Origin: Paraspadella gotoi
Lineage: Eukaryota; Animalia; Chaetognatha
Reading direction: 5' to 3'
Assembly: GCA_051294375.1 (NCBI GenBank)
Contig: CM119263.1
Span: forward strand, 14,869,574 to 14,933,573
DNA length: 64,000 bases
Part shown: piece after piece, positions 12,350 through 26,600 of the stretch
How positions within the stretch are numbered: position 1 is the stretch's first letter
How the letters are laid out: each line of letters begins with the position of its first letter
Notes under the pieces: generated by a model
Database searches by the model: none
Told to the model about the DNA's origin: nothing
What the model saw: only the letters and a program-made list of their open reading frames with translations
Position numbers and translations under genes: made by a program

Positions 12350-14110
12350 ATGGAGTCGAAATCGGAGCTGCCCTTCCGGGCACGCCCCTTCTACGAGCGA
12401 TCCACTCTCGTCACCTTCGTCGTCCTCATGATCTGCGTCATCTTGACGCTTCTTCTGACGCTCGTGGCCGACTTCGCCCCCTATTGGCTCTCCGTCTGGC
12501 GAGTACCGTCCACCTTCAACAAGCTGGGTCTCTGGTGGTTCTGCATCTACGGATACAGGTTGGAGGGAGAATTTAAGGCTGGAGTGAAGACACTGACTGG
12601 CGGACGAACTTAATACGTGAACAGAGATTGAGGAAGTGAAAAAGGTTACATGGTCAAGTTGTGAAGCAATTTTCATAGAATTGACCTTCAGGCACGCCGC
12701 AGTGCCGTCGAGGCAGGCCACCTCGCGGCCCAGAGGCGCCTCGGTTTCGTTTGCTCAAATATTGATTTCATTTCCTTCCGTTTTTTCTGATCAGACGTTC
12801 CGTTCGGCGCGGAACTACTTTTCTTCTCTCTCTCTCTCCCCGAGGCGGCGCATTAATACCGATATTTTTTCCCCCGTCCCCCAGAGATCCTCGCGCGTGG
12901 TGGGGAAAAGTCTACGCGGGATGTTGGTGGTATTTCTCGCCTTATTTGGACGAGATTCGCGATCAGGCGAGTAATATTATCTTTTTAAAGGTTGAAGTTT
13001 AACGACGAGGAATATTTCTCTTATCTTTCTACGTTCATTCTTGTTTTTTACTGTTTCTTTGAAGACAACAGCAGTGGTTAAATAGAAAAATAGATGGGAG
13101 ACAAAAAACACAAGAAATAAATACCTAGAGATAAATACAGACGCTCTCTCTCTCTCTTTACCTCGCATCTCCTCAATCTGTTCCAAATCCATCTCCCAAC
13201 TCCATCCATTCCCCCATCCATTCCCTACTCTTTAAAGATCGCGCCGGTGTGGTTCCGCGTCGTCCAATTCTGCGTCACCATCAACATCATCGTCGCTATC
13301 GTCGCCCTCGCCGCTCTCGTCGTCTTCTACTTCGCGCCCAAAAAGAGGTTCCTCCTCAGAATCTGCGGCGCCTTCTCGGTCGCGTCATGTGAGTTTTGCT
13401 CGTCGTCCTCGTTGTTGTCGTTGGAGATGATGATTCTCAAACGTCAATGACCCTCGCTTCGGGCAAGGGTCGAGCTTTTTTTGCTCCCTTCGTTCAAGTT
13501 AAGAGGATCAACGAATTAGACTTAGAAGTTGGAAGAAAACAGAATAAACGAGGCGGTTAACGCACGAGAATTCTAGGTCCTCGTGACTTTCAAAATCCCT
13601 CTATATGGATTTATTACGTATTTATACGAGAAATCGATGAATATATTTTTCACAACGCTTAGTTTTTAATATCGTTATTGTGTTTTCTGCCAGGTATCCT
13701 CATGACTCTTGGCGTCGTTATCTTTGCGGCAAACGGAAGGAACGAAGGATGGATGCCGCAACCTGATCAAAACAGGTGAAACTGTTGAAGAAAATTTGAA
13801 TCTGTAAAAAAAAAATATATACTAAAGTTTCCCTTTAACAGTATATCAAAAATATATGGTAAAATGAAAACTATATTTTAAATAAAACCAATAATTGAAC
13901 CGAAACGGAACCACCATCAGATTCGACTGGGCCTTCGGCTTTGCCGGCCTCGCCTGTTTTACGTCTCTCTTCTCCGCCGTCATCTCCTTCGTTTACATCC
14001 GGTGGTTGGATTGGATGGAGGCGGAGATGCAAACGGCCTACGATCGATTGGAGGAGACCAAGTCCCCGATTTCCGACGGTGGGTTGCGTCGCACCACTGT
14101 GGATTTTTAA
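12350..14110 (+). CDS. Invertebrate claudin-like (PMP22/claudin superfamily; Kune-kune/Sinuous/Pickel type) tetraspan protein, ~237 aa. Exons 12350-12558, 12885-12966, 13238-13388, 13694-13775, 13921-14110
   Basis: Phase-consistent exons and four hydrophobic segments. Claudin ECL1 signature W…LGLW..C…GC, followed by WMPQPDQN…F.W.F in ECL2. Intron 2 needs a GC donor (CAG|GCGAGT). Confidence 0.88.
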
Positions 14111-16340
14111 ACTTTGGTGCAAAAAATAATATCGCCGTCATCACTGATTTATGGCGCGGTTTTTAAAATCTATTATCGTTCTCTTTTCTACTTAGCCTAA
14201 TATACGTACAGAAGTGGAGAGCCATCAGGACCGCCTGTTCAAGCGCGCCGATTATTCTCGCTAAACCCCCTTATCCCCGCCTCTATTTGCAGAGCCCGAG
14301 CTCCACGCCTTTCCCGCGTAGTCTAGTGAATCGCGCGAGGCCAAGTCCCGCGCCCTCGTCGCCCGGTGCCAAGCCCCGTCGCCCGTTAAAGTTCCGTTGC
14401 CCTCCACTCCCCCGCGCCAGTCGCCCATTCGTGACCCGGAATCCGCGACGTCGACGACGATTGGTTCGCTTCGAGAGGACATGGAAGCGTCGACCAATCA
14501 GAGCGGAGAAGTCGATCGCGCGCCCGAACTCGAATTCGACGACGAGGCGCTCTTGACGAAAGCTTGAATTAATTTTTCAATGTGATTCGGAGGGAGCTGC
14601 TTGGTTTCCTTTAAATGCCTTATAAGTTTTAGTTAAAACGTGACAACCTCCTATAATTGTGTTAAGTTAAGATCACGCTATTCACAACAAATAAACAGAC
14701 TACCTATGATTCTAACAATAATTATTATTAAAAAATGGCAATCATTTGACTTGCACCTGATTTTATTCGGAAAACAGACAGTTAAAATGTAAATTTAAAC
14801 TTCTTGCTTTCGATCTTTTCATTTTTAACATCGCCCGCAACTTCGATTTGGGACTTGGAAAATGCGACTAAGGGTTGTCTTTACTTTTTGATTGTAAAAG
14901 GGCCTTGTCCTTATGAAGGGATTTGTCCACTACCGATTCACTGATCACGCGGCTGTAAAACTTGTAAAATGTACATAATGAGTATTTTCTCTATCTGTCT
15001 ATACGGCACAGTATTTCAATGTATAAATCGTTTAAAATTTTGCAGAATAGCCGAAAAAATATTTTGAATTGATCAAACATGACTTTTCTTGGGTTCCTTA
15101 TACTTTTTTATGGTATTCAACCGGTAAAAACTAGTCAGATAAGATTAGGATCGAATGAAAAATTACGCAGCCGAGAAAAAAGCTTGTCACAAACATAATT
15201 CTAATTTGGCCTGCTCATTGTTTACTGTCCCGAAGGCGGTTTTGAAAAAGCTTGCTCCTTTTGTAACGAAAAAAAGCATTTTCTCTCAGGTCCCAAAAAA
15301 AGCTTGGAAATTCCTTGGTTGGAGACCACTTAGGCTCTAATTAGCTTTCGGGGAATTTCGCCCCGAGCCAACCGATGCGGGTTACACGGATTTGATTTTG
15401 GAACCTGCATTGAAATCAAAACAACAACGACCCGCCGTCGGCTTTTTAAACTGAAGCAATAAATGTTAACAACTAATCCAGTGGGTTTTTTATTCGGTTA
15501 GCACACGAATCTTACAGGCATCGCGTCGGATAAACTGATATCTTAAAATTTTTTTTAATTGATAAAAATTGAACGGTTGAACTGAAGTGTTTTTCTTTCA
15601 TTCTTTTTTTTTTAAGAGATTAGTCACGAAAGCGAAACGAGACTCGGGGAACTAGAAAAACAAATAAAAAAATAATAATAAAGAAAGAAGAGAAAAACCC
15701 AGATAAAAAACTCTCAATCAATCGCGTGAGTCTACCTTTTTCTCGTTTTTAACTCGGATCTTTTTTTGGTTTTTTTTTTTGTCAGTAGGTTTTGCTTACC
15801 GTAGATTCCCATCAAATTTCGTGTTTTCCCATTCTTCCCAGCGTCAATTAAAACGAGAGAGGGCAAATCCTCGACACGAAAACAAAACGTTTCGTTTTGC
15901 TTTTATCGAAAATGTAATTTTTTTTTTCAAGACCGTTCCCCGTTTCAAAGACTGTCCACTGTCCAGCGGCTGAGGATTGTAATTTTTTAAAACACCATTT
16001 TTTCGTTCGGTCGCCTTAGACAGGCGAGCTTCTTCGTCCTTTACATGTTATATGATCTTTATAAGTAAAAAAAAAAAGAAGATAAAAACAAAATAACTGT
16101 GGTTTCATCGACATTCCGGGAAAGATTTAGAGATCAAAAAAACGAAAGGAAGGCCCCGTATGTATTTAAAAGAGTCGGGAGACTATGAGTTCCGATCCCC
16201 CGTTCCGACGTTATTTGCTCCAATAACAAGATCATTCGAAGAGCTTCTCCGACTTTCTTCGGCAAATTTAAGGTGAAAAAAGCTTCAATAATAACCACAA
16301 AAAAAAAAAAAAAAAAAAGCGAATCGAAGTAAAACAAACT

Positions 16341-17529
16341 ATGTCCGGTCGATCCTCGGTCAACGATCTTCCGCAACACCGAGTCGTCGTCGTCGGCGCC
16401 GGCGGCGTCGGAAAGAGCGCCATCACCATCCAACTCGTCCAGAATCACTTTGTCGAATTCTGGGATCCGACGATCGAGGATTCCTACAAGAAAACGGTGG
16501 GTCTCCAGGACTGCGAAGAGGCGTCGCGGTGGGGCAACGGGTCTAGGAGACTTTATAGTTCTCTATCTGTCGATTGCAGACAAATCTAATTGGGTCACTA
16601 TTCAATATTCATAGCAAAATGAATTTAGCATGAGGCTGTTATAAATAGTTGTACGTAAAAAAAGGTTTCACAATTGTTAAGACAAGAGATTTTAAAAGAT
16701 TTACCACGAATATTAAAGACGAAAGCATCCATTACCAATTAAAAAAAAACTTCTCCACTCAATAAGGTACTCGTTGACGCGGAACCCCTCGTGCTCGACA
16801 TCTTGGACACAGCGGGTCAAGATGGTTACAGGTGAAAAGACTAATAGATGAGCACGAAACGATCGATACTTATTCTAAATCCAGCCATTTAATTAAATGA
16901 TTGTACATCGCACAAGTCAATGCCTCATATTGACCCCAATATTGAGCGCCGAATAATTTACCCTCCCCCTTTTCCAGCGCCATGCGTGAGCATTACATGA
17001 GATCCGGCGAAGGATTTCTCGTCGTCTTCGATGTGACAGACGGAAAATCCTTCAGCGACGTCGCCGAATATCGAGAGTCCATCCAAAGGGTCAAGGACAG
17101 GAACGAGGCGAGCTAAACGAAGATTTTAACTAGAAATAACCCTCAAATTGCTTCATAAATTAAATTAAATGACAATATAAAATAAGAGTCAATTCGCCGA
17201 ACAGGTTCCAATGGTTTTGGTCGGTAACAAGTGCGACTTGCACCATCGGGTCGTCGACTTTAAAATGGCAAAAGAGGTAAAAAAATGAAAGAAAGTTGGT
17301 TTTTCATTAAAGCGTTTACGATTTAACTGTTGACTTATACCAGTTGGCCGAAGAGTTTGGTATCCCCTTCATCGAAACTTCGGCGAAGACCCGACAGGGG
17401 ATCGTCGACGCATTTTTCACCCTCGTTCGAGAAATCCGAAGAATGGCGGAGGAAGAGAGAAAGAGGAGGAAGATCACGCAAAAAAACAAAAGACTTGATC
17501 GGGTCAATCAATGTTGCAACGTCTCCTAG
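16341..17529 (+). CDS. Ras-family small GTPase, 202 aa. Exons 16341-16496, 16767-16831, 16978-17107, 17205-17276, 17344-17529
   Basis: G1 GAGGVGKS, G2 DPTIEDSY, G3 DTAGQ, G4 NKCD, G5 ETSAK, a polybasic tail and CAAX (CCNVS*). Exon phases are consistent; intron 3 has a GC donor (GAG|GCGAGC). Confidence 0.96.
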
Positions 17530-17681
17530 CTTTATTAATATCGCCCAATTATAAGTTTTAATATTATTATTGCTACTGTGATCGCTACTAATTTTATCTT
17601 GAAAATAAAAAAAAAATAAAAAAATCGATTACAAACTTTTATATTTTTTACGAACAAGAAAAACGTGTGACCCTGAAGACT

Positions 17682-20600
17682 TTATTCTTCGAGATCCAGC
17701 TCGCACAACTCCTTTAACAAGGATTGTTCCAAAGGAGAAGCGAAGGACGACTGCGCGGATTGGCGCTCAATCACTTTGGCATTACTCATGCGCTCTACAT
17801 GATCGGGACACAACCACAGAATTTTCCCGGAAGGCAAAAGGCATCTCTTGAGGCTCAGTTCGTCGCCGCGAATCTGCAGTGCTCTGACCGCGAGTTGCTG
17901 CACGTCATGATACGAGTCGATGAGGGTCTCCGAGTCTCTCTCCATCGTGGCTTCAATATGGCTCACGATAAACTTTATGATTTTGTTGAAGTCCTCAGAA
18001 TTAACGACATTAATTCCTTTCGCGTTGGCCTTTTTCAAAATTTTCCAGACCATGGAAACGTAAAACGAATGCTGTTGAAGGAATCTCTGAAAAGTTACGC
18101 CCGGCAAAATAACCTCGTTATCAACGCTGCAATAATGCCATCCATCCTCGCTCTCACACAAAAATTTGACGTGAACCGCGTCGTCGTAGGTTGTTATGTC
18201 GACGTCAGTATCGAACGAGGGTAAATCCGGAATTATTAAACGAGGGGTCGGATTCCCGGCGTTATCTAAACGTTTGCCTATTTCTGAAAGTTGTCTTAAC
18301 AGTTGATGTTGCAGCAGTAATGTTTTTTCTTTGAGGTGATGAATTTTGTGAGGACTATTTGGTTTTTTAGCAGTGAAATATTGTTCATGATACTTTTGAG
18401 CTAGGTCGAGCACCTCCTTAAGTTTAGAGTCATTTTTTGATTTCAAGTCAAAAATAGGAATGTTTGCCCTCGTTATAAGCAAACCTACTTCAGAATATTG
18501 CCATTGACTTTTTTCAGATGCCCCAACTTCGACCACAATCATTGGCTTTCGTAGTACAACAGAAGCAAACCTGAACTCCATGATACAATTTTTAGAATTT
18601 GCGTATTCATCTGAGATGCAAACAACAATAAAGTTCGATTTTCTCAGGCCTTTAGCAATTTCCTCAAACAGGGCACCTCTGTCTATTTGCTCAATATCAA
18701 GCCACGTCGATATCCCAATACTCTCAAGATAGTTTTTCAGTTCTCTCGGATCTATCCATCCAACAGCTCCATCAATCATTTGCAAGTTGCTGCTATTAAC
18801 AGCTTCTTTAGAATTAGACCAACAGTATGAAAGAAAACAAACAGAATCGCATTGATTCTGCGATTTTCCAGCGAGTAAACGAAGAATCTCTTCCAACTTA
18901 TTTTGAAGCAATGAAAGCTCACTTAAGTCAATATATAAATCGGTACAGTATCTACTTATCAGGGTAGATTCTTTCCACAGCTTACTTTGTTCTAAAACTA
19001 ATAAGACAACAGGAATATTGAGCATTTCCAATATGGCGAATAACTTATTACATTTTAAAATGTCCATAATGAAATTATCTGATATAAATAATAATATTTG
19101 CTCCAGGGTCACGTCTGAAGCTTGAACATCATCAAGCAGGCAAGTATTATATCCATGGTCTTTTAAATAGTAATTAACATACTTAATCAAACTTTGATTA
19201 TCTATTTCAATGAGGAAATCTTTTTCACAGAAAGCTAAACATAGGGGTTTGGAATGATCAATATCTATAGTGCCAAGTTCCTCCATTCCATTTTTTAACT
19301 GAAGATAAACTTGATAATTATAGTTTAGGTCTGCTGGAAGATTATTCAGTATGCAATCCACTGGGACAGCATGGAAATTTGCTCTACATTGAATAATAGG
19401 AATCTTTTTTTTCGATGCCTTTAAAATAGTTGATGCATAAAAATAGTCTGTGTCAAGAGAATCTTCTTCTAGACATGCTAAACACTGAATAGAATAATCA
19501 AACTTTATTCCTGGAAAATTTGTTTTGACTAATGTTTCGAGTACTTCATGTACTAAAAAGCTTATATTATCTGGTTGAGAGCCAATAGCTTTCAAACATA
19601 TTGTTTTCATTGTTTGTTTTTGTAGAATCCCTCTTTGTCCATGTTTTATCAATAAGCAACCATATTTCCAAATATTAGTACTATCACAAAGAGAATGCAA
19701 GCGAACTTGCAGTCGATTAAATAGACCAGCAGGTATATATTCAAATAAATAACATGTCTTACAAATTAGTTCATCACCTTTTTTGATGTCAAATTCTTTA
19801 ATTAAAATTGGTTCATCTTCAGACATTAAACAAGGCACAATACTATAATTATAGTCTGGCAACGGGAAGGTCAAATCAAACTCTTGAGTTAAATTCAATA
19901 GCCAAGTATGCATTTCAGTAGGGTAATCTTTCCAAATCTCCTTTAAATTTTCATAGTAAAGTATTCCTGTTCGAGCACATTCAGAAAAGTTTTTCACTGA
20001 TATCAAACATTTCATAACATTAACCAGCCATTGAGGATTAGTTATCACAAATTTTCTCAGAGCAAGTGAATTGAAGTGTTGAATTGATCCAAGCTCATGA
20101 AGAAATTGCGTAGCATTGAACACTGATTCACATGAAACTAGACCTGCATTGTTCCCAAACTCAACAACTTCCTCCCATGGTAAGAAAGGTTTATTGCAAG
20201 AGATTAATAATTCTTCCAAAGCAAGCCAGGTTTTTGGGATTTTTTCCTTCATATATGGCTCATCTTTTGCCCTTTTAACTATAGCATTCTTCAATATTTC
20301 TAAAGATGCATGATCTTCAATGCTATCTACATAATAAAAGCCAACAATTTGTGGGAAACGATTTTTTAAAGAATTTTCTGGAATGGAAAATCGAGAAACT
20401 TGATTTTTGTGTGTGCCAACGATAAAAACAGGGGAGTGAGGTGCATGGCTATAGATTGAGTTAATCCAAAATTCAACACCAGCATACTCATGGCCCAAAC
20501 GAACATTCCAAAGTAACAAATATACTGCTCGAGATGAAAGAAAAAACTGATGAGTATTATAATATAATGACTGCCCCGCAAAATCCCAGGTGGCAAATTT

Positions 20601-23600
20601 GATGTCTTGAATATTCCAGTATTTAATAGAAATTCCATCTGTCAAATTTGTTTTCAGATCATTTTTACCAATGAAGGCATTAAGAAGTGTTGTTTTTCCA
20701 CTTCCACCCAAGCCTACTAACATCAGTTTGGTTCGAGAACATTCTTCTTCACCAGCTTGAAGGCCCTTTAGGAATCCAATAATTGTTGTAAGACCTTTTA
20801 TACTTACTTCTCTAGGAGGGCATACAAGGTTTATACAGTTAACCAAACTAAGTGATTTTAAATTGAATTCTCCGTAATTTGGATCTATTTTGGTCAAATA
20901 TGGATTGTTATCTAAGTTCAGCTTTGTTAAAAAAGTCGATTTTATGAGCGGTAAACATGTTATTGCAGAGTTACCCAATGATAATTCCTGAAGACACTTT
21001 AGTTTGATAAAACTTTTGGGTATTTCTTTCATTCTATTTTGTAATGATCTTTTAAAAATTATTACACTTAATTTAGCAACACAATTGTATTCGGAAACTT
21101 TCTTCAAATCATTCTGAGTTATCAAGTCAATAAAATTTGGGTCCATAGAATCAAAAGTACCTGTTTTAATTGCTTCCATATCATCGGTATTTAATAACCA
21201 AGGCACATTGCTGTAGTTAAACTTTTTAAGAGGAAGTTTCCCAAAAGATGAAGGAAAAAATGTACATAATGAATGCTGCATATCTAAAATGAGCAAATTT
21301 AAGTTACCAATTGATTCCGGAAGAGATGATATTAATGTATCACTAATCTTTAACTCTTTTAAAACCTTCAGCCTACCTATATCATTAGGCAAAGCTTTTA
21401 GTGGATTGTTATGAACTTTTAGTATTTTGAGATTACTACAATTTATAATATCACTGGGTAAATATTCAAACTTATTATTACCTAAAAATAAAAATTTCAA
21501 TTTGAGACAATTTCCTATTCCAGATAAATTATCTAGAAGGTTGTTACCAAGACTAAGTTCAACAAGATTAGGATAAAACCCATCAAACTGACTTAAGCAG
21601 TTTTGATTATATTGAAGCGAGATTATATGCTCATGGTAAGCATTTAACAGTGTTGTAGGAATATGCTCAAGCTGCTTATTTTGTAAATTCACATTACAAT
21701 GAGAAATGCAATTAATGTTATTTCCATATTGTGACCAGGTATTATTGTCGCTTAAACTAGTATTTATTTCTTCAGTAAGTAACGTTTTTGAATCTTTAAA
21801 GTCACTTGGAAAACAGTTCATGATTTGAGGTTTGTATTGAACTGTTGACAAAATACAGCTTGCAATGAATATATTGATTTTTTGTTGTATTGATTCTACA
21901 CTTGATGTGTCCCCAATCTCTATGTAATTGTTATCAATAATTGTAAAATTTGACCGTCTACAACTTGCTAAGAGACAGTGAAACATAAATGGTAAAAGCT
22001 GAGTAAAGGTTAAGTCATGCGAAAAAGGGCTTTGATGGACCAAATGAATCATATTAGATGTTGAACATATTACATGTCCAAAAAGTTCTTTTGATTCATA
22101 TGTTGTCGCAAGATTTATTACTTCTGGGAAAAATATACAAGGATTTCCATGGCGCCTTTGGTTAAACTTAAAATAAGCTTTAATTCTTTGCTGAGTTAAC
22201 TGAAGAAGTCTGGAAACTTTAAAAAGATTATTAACAACAAGAACATCCAATATTGGTAGGGAACGGTTTGTTTGTTGCTCTGTAAATAATTCATAGGGCA
22301 CTGGAATACTGCTTGTATTTGTTAAATATGAGCTTGGGTTTTTGAAATATTTTTCAACAAGAATATTTATCCCGCACTCAGATTGGTACCAACCACAAGG
22401 ATGAATTTTGGTACTTGTACATGAAAATTTGTAGGAATCTTTAAGTGAGTCATCATCAGACATGACAATAATTTCATTTTCTTCTTCTATAGAGATTATT
22501 GTTGCTGGACTAACTACCAAAGTATTATCATTTATGCAGAATTCCACTTCTAGTTTACAGTTAAGGCAATTATCCCATTTGTACTCAAAACCATCACAAA
22601 ATTTTGGTAAGACCACCTTTTTCTTATGTTCAGAGATTTTTAAATCGTCAAATATTGAGCTGCATATTTTTAATAAAGGTTCTGAATTAAGTGCTAACCA
22701 TTTCTGTTTTTCAGGCTCCGTTTTGATGAGAAACTCCACGGAGTTATTGCCTGAAGCATAACTGTCACCAATTTCAATTGTTATGTTTTCTGTTTTAATG
22801 GTAGTACCTAACTTAAGAAATGTACTAATTGGGCGACTATTATGGAAAACCGGAATAGCAAGAGATGGTGCTTTTATAAGAGAAATTTTGTCAAATATTT
22901 CAGTGGAACTTTTATCCATATCAAAAAGAAAATGATAATTATCCCATTTAACTTTAAAAGAGGCTTTCCTCTCATAAAGTTTTTTACTGCTGTTTTTTTG
23001 CTCATGTAAAGCAAAAACCAATTTTAGTTTAGCTGATGTGTCTGAAGAGTCTTGCTCTTGAATATTTGGGTAAATAGATATCATTATTTTTACTACGTAC
23101 TTACTAAATGCACCATCAGTAAGCTCAAAAACAGCTGTTCGAATGGAATCACTTATGACGTCAATGTCACCCTGCTTTAAAAATTTGCACATACCATTTT
23201 CATGAACAACTTTAATGTTAAGCAAGCTGTTATAAATGGCTAACCGGAAAGGGATATTTCTGGTGATAATTATTTCAACTTTACTTCCATCTCCAGGAGT
23301 TAAGGGACTTAAAGGTAACAGTGGAAAAGTATTAAAATTATATTTAGGGTAGATGCAAATATGCTGATGAAGAAAAATAGGTTTTATAGAACAAGCTATT
23401 CCCCAAAGCTCTAATGCTATATGCTCAGAAATGTGTGGTAAGTATTTTAATTCATTAGTTGGCTCCAAATACATTCCATCAAAGTTAACATATTCTTTAA
23501 AAATTGAAAAATCATTACAAAAATGTCCAAGGCGCTCAGAATTTGATATAGCGATATAGGCAGAAGTTTTAAGCATACAATGCTCCAAATATAACTGAAA

Positions 23601-26600
23601 AATTTTTAGGGTATTTTGAAGACATTTTTTATGAACTTCATTGACGAAAATTAAATTTAAATTGTCCTGAATGGAAGCAAAAAGTAACAACTTTTCTTTA
23701 GTTAACTCAAGATTTATGATCGTGTTTCCAACTCGGAATTGTGCAAAATCATTTGAAGCTTTTTCTATTCGACAGATCTTCCTTACAGCAAACACCGTTG
23801 CCCAAACTAGATCATAAAGTAATGCCTGGGATAAATTCAAAAAACTATATGATATTTGAGTTAAAATTTTTTCATCCAATTTCAAACCTTGATAATACAA
23901 TGTTTCAAACGTTTTCTTGCTGGTTTTGAACAGTAAACCCTCATTCTCCAGATGAATTAACAAGCATGAAACTTCTTTTTGGTCAACTTCAATTCCAAAA
24001 TCCCTTCCAAGTTTAATTATTAAATCATTTATTGATTTTCTTTGACTTGGGTTGTGACTCTCGTCAAAATACTCAGAGTATATGACATCATGCAACTTCA
24101 TGTAAAAATTTAATGAAATACAAATTGTATTTGCAATTATGTTATTGTTAAAACATATTATTTTTCTTCGCCTTTGCAAAATCATTAGCATTGACAAAAT
24201 TGAACTCTCGAGCAAATTCTCATGTTGTTGGTACAAACTGTTTAGTAAAATAATGTGTTTTTCATTAATTATCTTTTCAAGTTTACATAAATTATCAAAA
24301 ACAACCTGTTCAAGAGAAAGGGGCTCCTTCACATGTTTGAAGGCAAGTTGAGCATCAAGCTCCAAAGGGTCATCATAAACAGAAAAGACAATATGTTTTA
24401 GAAATTTCTGTAAAGCCACACATCTTTTAGCAAATAGTGACTGCTCATAAAAAGTATGTAATTTTTTGTCTAGGTGATTTAATACGGTTTGAACATCAAT
24501 TTTCATAATTGATTCTAAATTTATAAAATATTTTTTTACTTCGTCATAATCAGCCCTATATATTAGTAACTTGATTGAAACAGAATATTCAATGGTTTTT
24601 ATTTTTAAAACAAGGGAAACGACTTTTTCTAAAAAAGAATTTACATGAGGATTAGAAGTAAGTGGAATAATACAAATAGTTTTTTCTGATAAACAATGTT
24701 GAGTGATAAATTCTGAAAATATGCAGTTGTCTGTAAGGTCATGTTCATTGTTTTTTTGACTCTTATCTTTCAGGTGATGACAAATATTCTTTGACTCCTC
24801 ATTGAAGTAAATAAAGACCCGATGTTTTAGGTCAAATTGCCTGGAATGTACTAAACTCTTAGACAAGTCATTAATTAACAATGGTCCTGTTACAAAAATA
24901 TCCATCTTCTTTATGGTGATAGGAATGTTGCAAACACCAGTTTCAATTAAAGATAAATAATTTAGGTCACGACATTTCACTAACAGAGTATTCATGAATA
25001 TATCTGTTAGTTGATGGCAATAATTGAAATTTGCATACTTGAGCCTTGTAAATACATTGCCTATGAAATATGAAGATATATTTGAAAGATGAAAACAGCC
25101 AGAGCACGATAAAGTAGTTACATTAGGAAGCAATACGCCTTCAATTTGGTTTCTCATTTCGTTAATCACTGCAAAGAAACCGTCATTCAGTACTTCAAAA
25201 TTATCAAATACAACTTTTCTAATTTGCGACCACTGGCTGATGCTCTTCAATTGCGAAAAGTCTAAAGAGTGTGCAGTTTCATCCACATTTAATACTATAG
25301 GAACCTCAAACATTATAGAAAACTCTAATGTTAAACCAGCTTTGTCAAAGCTTTTTTCGCACGATTGAACAAATCTTGAGTCAAAGGCTATTTTTTCCTC
25401 ACTACTGTGCCAAAAACCAATCTCTTTGAACGTATTTAGTAATGATATAGTCACATTTTGAATCAAGGGGCCATCTACTGAAAAATCTAAGCTTTTCATT
25501 ATATTGAGTTGACGTGTGTTTTCTATTTCTACTGAAAAAGTTTGTTTCAAAGGTTCAGTATCATCCAGCATCTTAACTTCAACACACACGGTCAGGGTTT
25601 TGAATAGAAAATTTCTGACCGAGTTTATCTCACGAATACAAACATTTAGTGTGGATGTTGGAATTTTGACTCTGTTCCATGTCAGTGTGGATGAGCATTC
25701 AAGCGACTGTTCTTTGAGTTTTTGAAAAGATTGTTGAGTGTCTTGATTTAAAAGGCAGATTGAAACTTTATCGAATTTATCATAATTAGATCGACTACTT
25801 AAAAAATTAGTAACTGAATTGAAAGCTATTTCTATAGCGCATTGCCGAGAACAATTCATACCCCCGGGCGACAGATTAGGAAAACTTATAGTCCGCAAAC
25901 CATGATTCATTGCTAATTGCAAGGACGAGACATAACAGTCATAAAGTTGAGCCTTCTTGTTACTTATTTCATCATGTTTAGAATGATTAAAAACGGGACA
26001 TCTTACATGAATCACATTTGAAGCGAGAAGCTTGTATCCATTTGTAATAAAAGCATGTCCAACGTCAAGCTCATTTTCTAGAAATTCAATTTAAAAAAAA
26101 AAATAATAATTTCATAAACACTTAAATAGTTAAACACTTATAATTTTTTACCCAGAACCCGCGTAACCTCCTCTTCAAATTCAGGTCCTGCAGCATTGAG
26201 AACTTTTGTAAATAAAGTAGAACGGAGTGGGACAGAAGATGCGCTTAATTAAATAAATTATATAAGTGTCAGCAAAACTCATGAAATCAATTATTTCAAA
26301 TAAACAGGAATTTACCTTTGAGTTTGAAGGCATTTAGTATACCGCTTGTCGGTATTGGAAACAATGGCATCATCCTAAAACAGAAAATGCTTATAGTATG
26401 GCAACGGGGAGACATGTGTGATGCCCGGGGTGTGAGGAACTCCCGACAGCTGGCGCTCAGGGCTTTGGACCTGCAGTGACCACGAAGGCGGGCCAAAATT
26501 GAACACTTTTTATAACTTCTAGTTCTCTCAAAAAATGTCTTTTTTTCTTCTATTACTAAATCGATTTTAAATGCAACTTTTTGAATTCATTCAAATGACA

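Noticed and set aside
17724-25725. Plus-strand ORFs (e.g. 17724-18224, 22462-22761) overlapping the ROCO exon
   Set aside because: Antisense shadows of a long coding exon with no motifs of their own.
17682-26077. Bacterial contamination or recent HGT of the long ORF
   Set aside because: It splices in phase to three upstream GT-AG exons and contains eukaryote-type domains (MBT, Cys-LRR).
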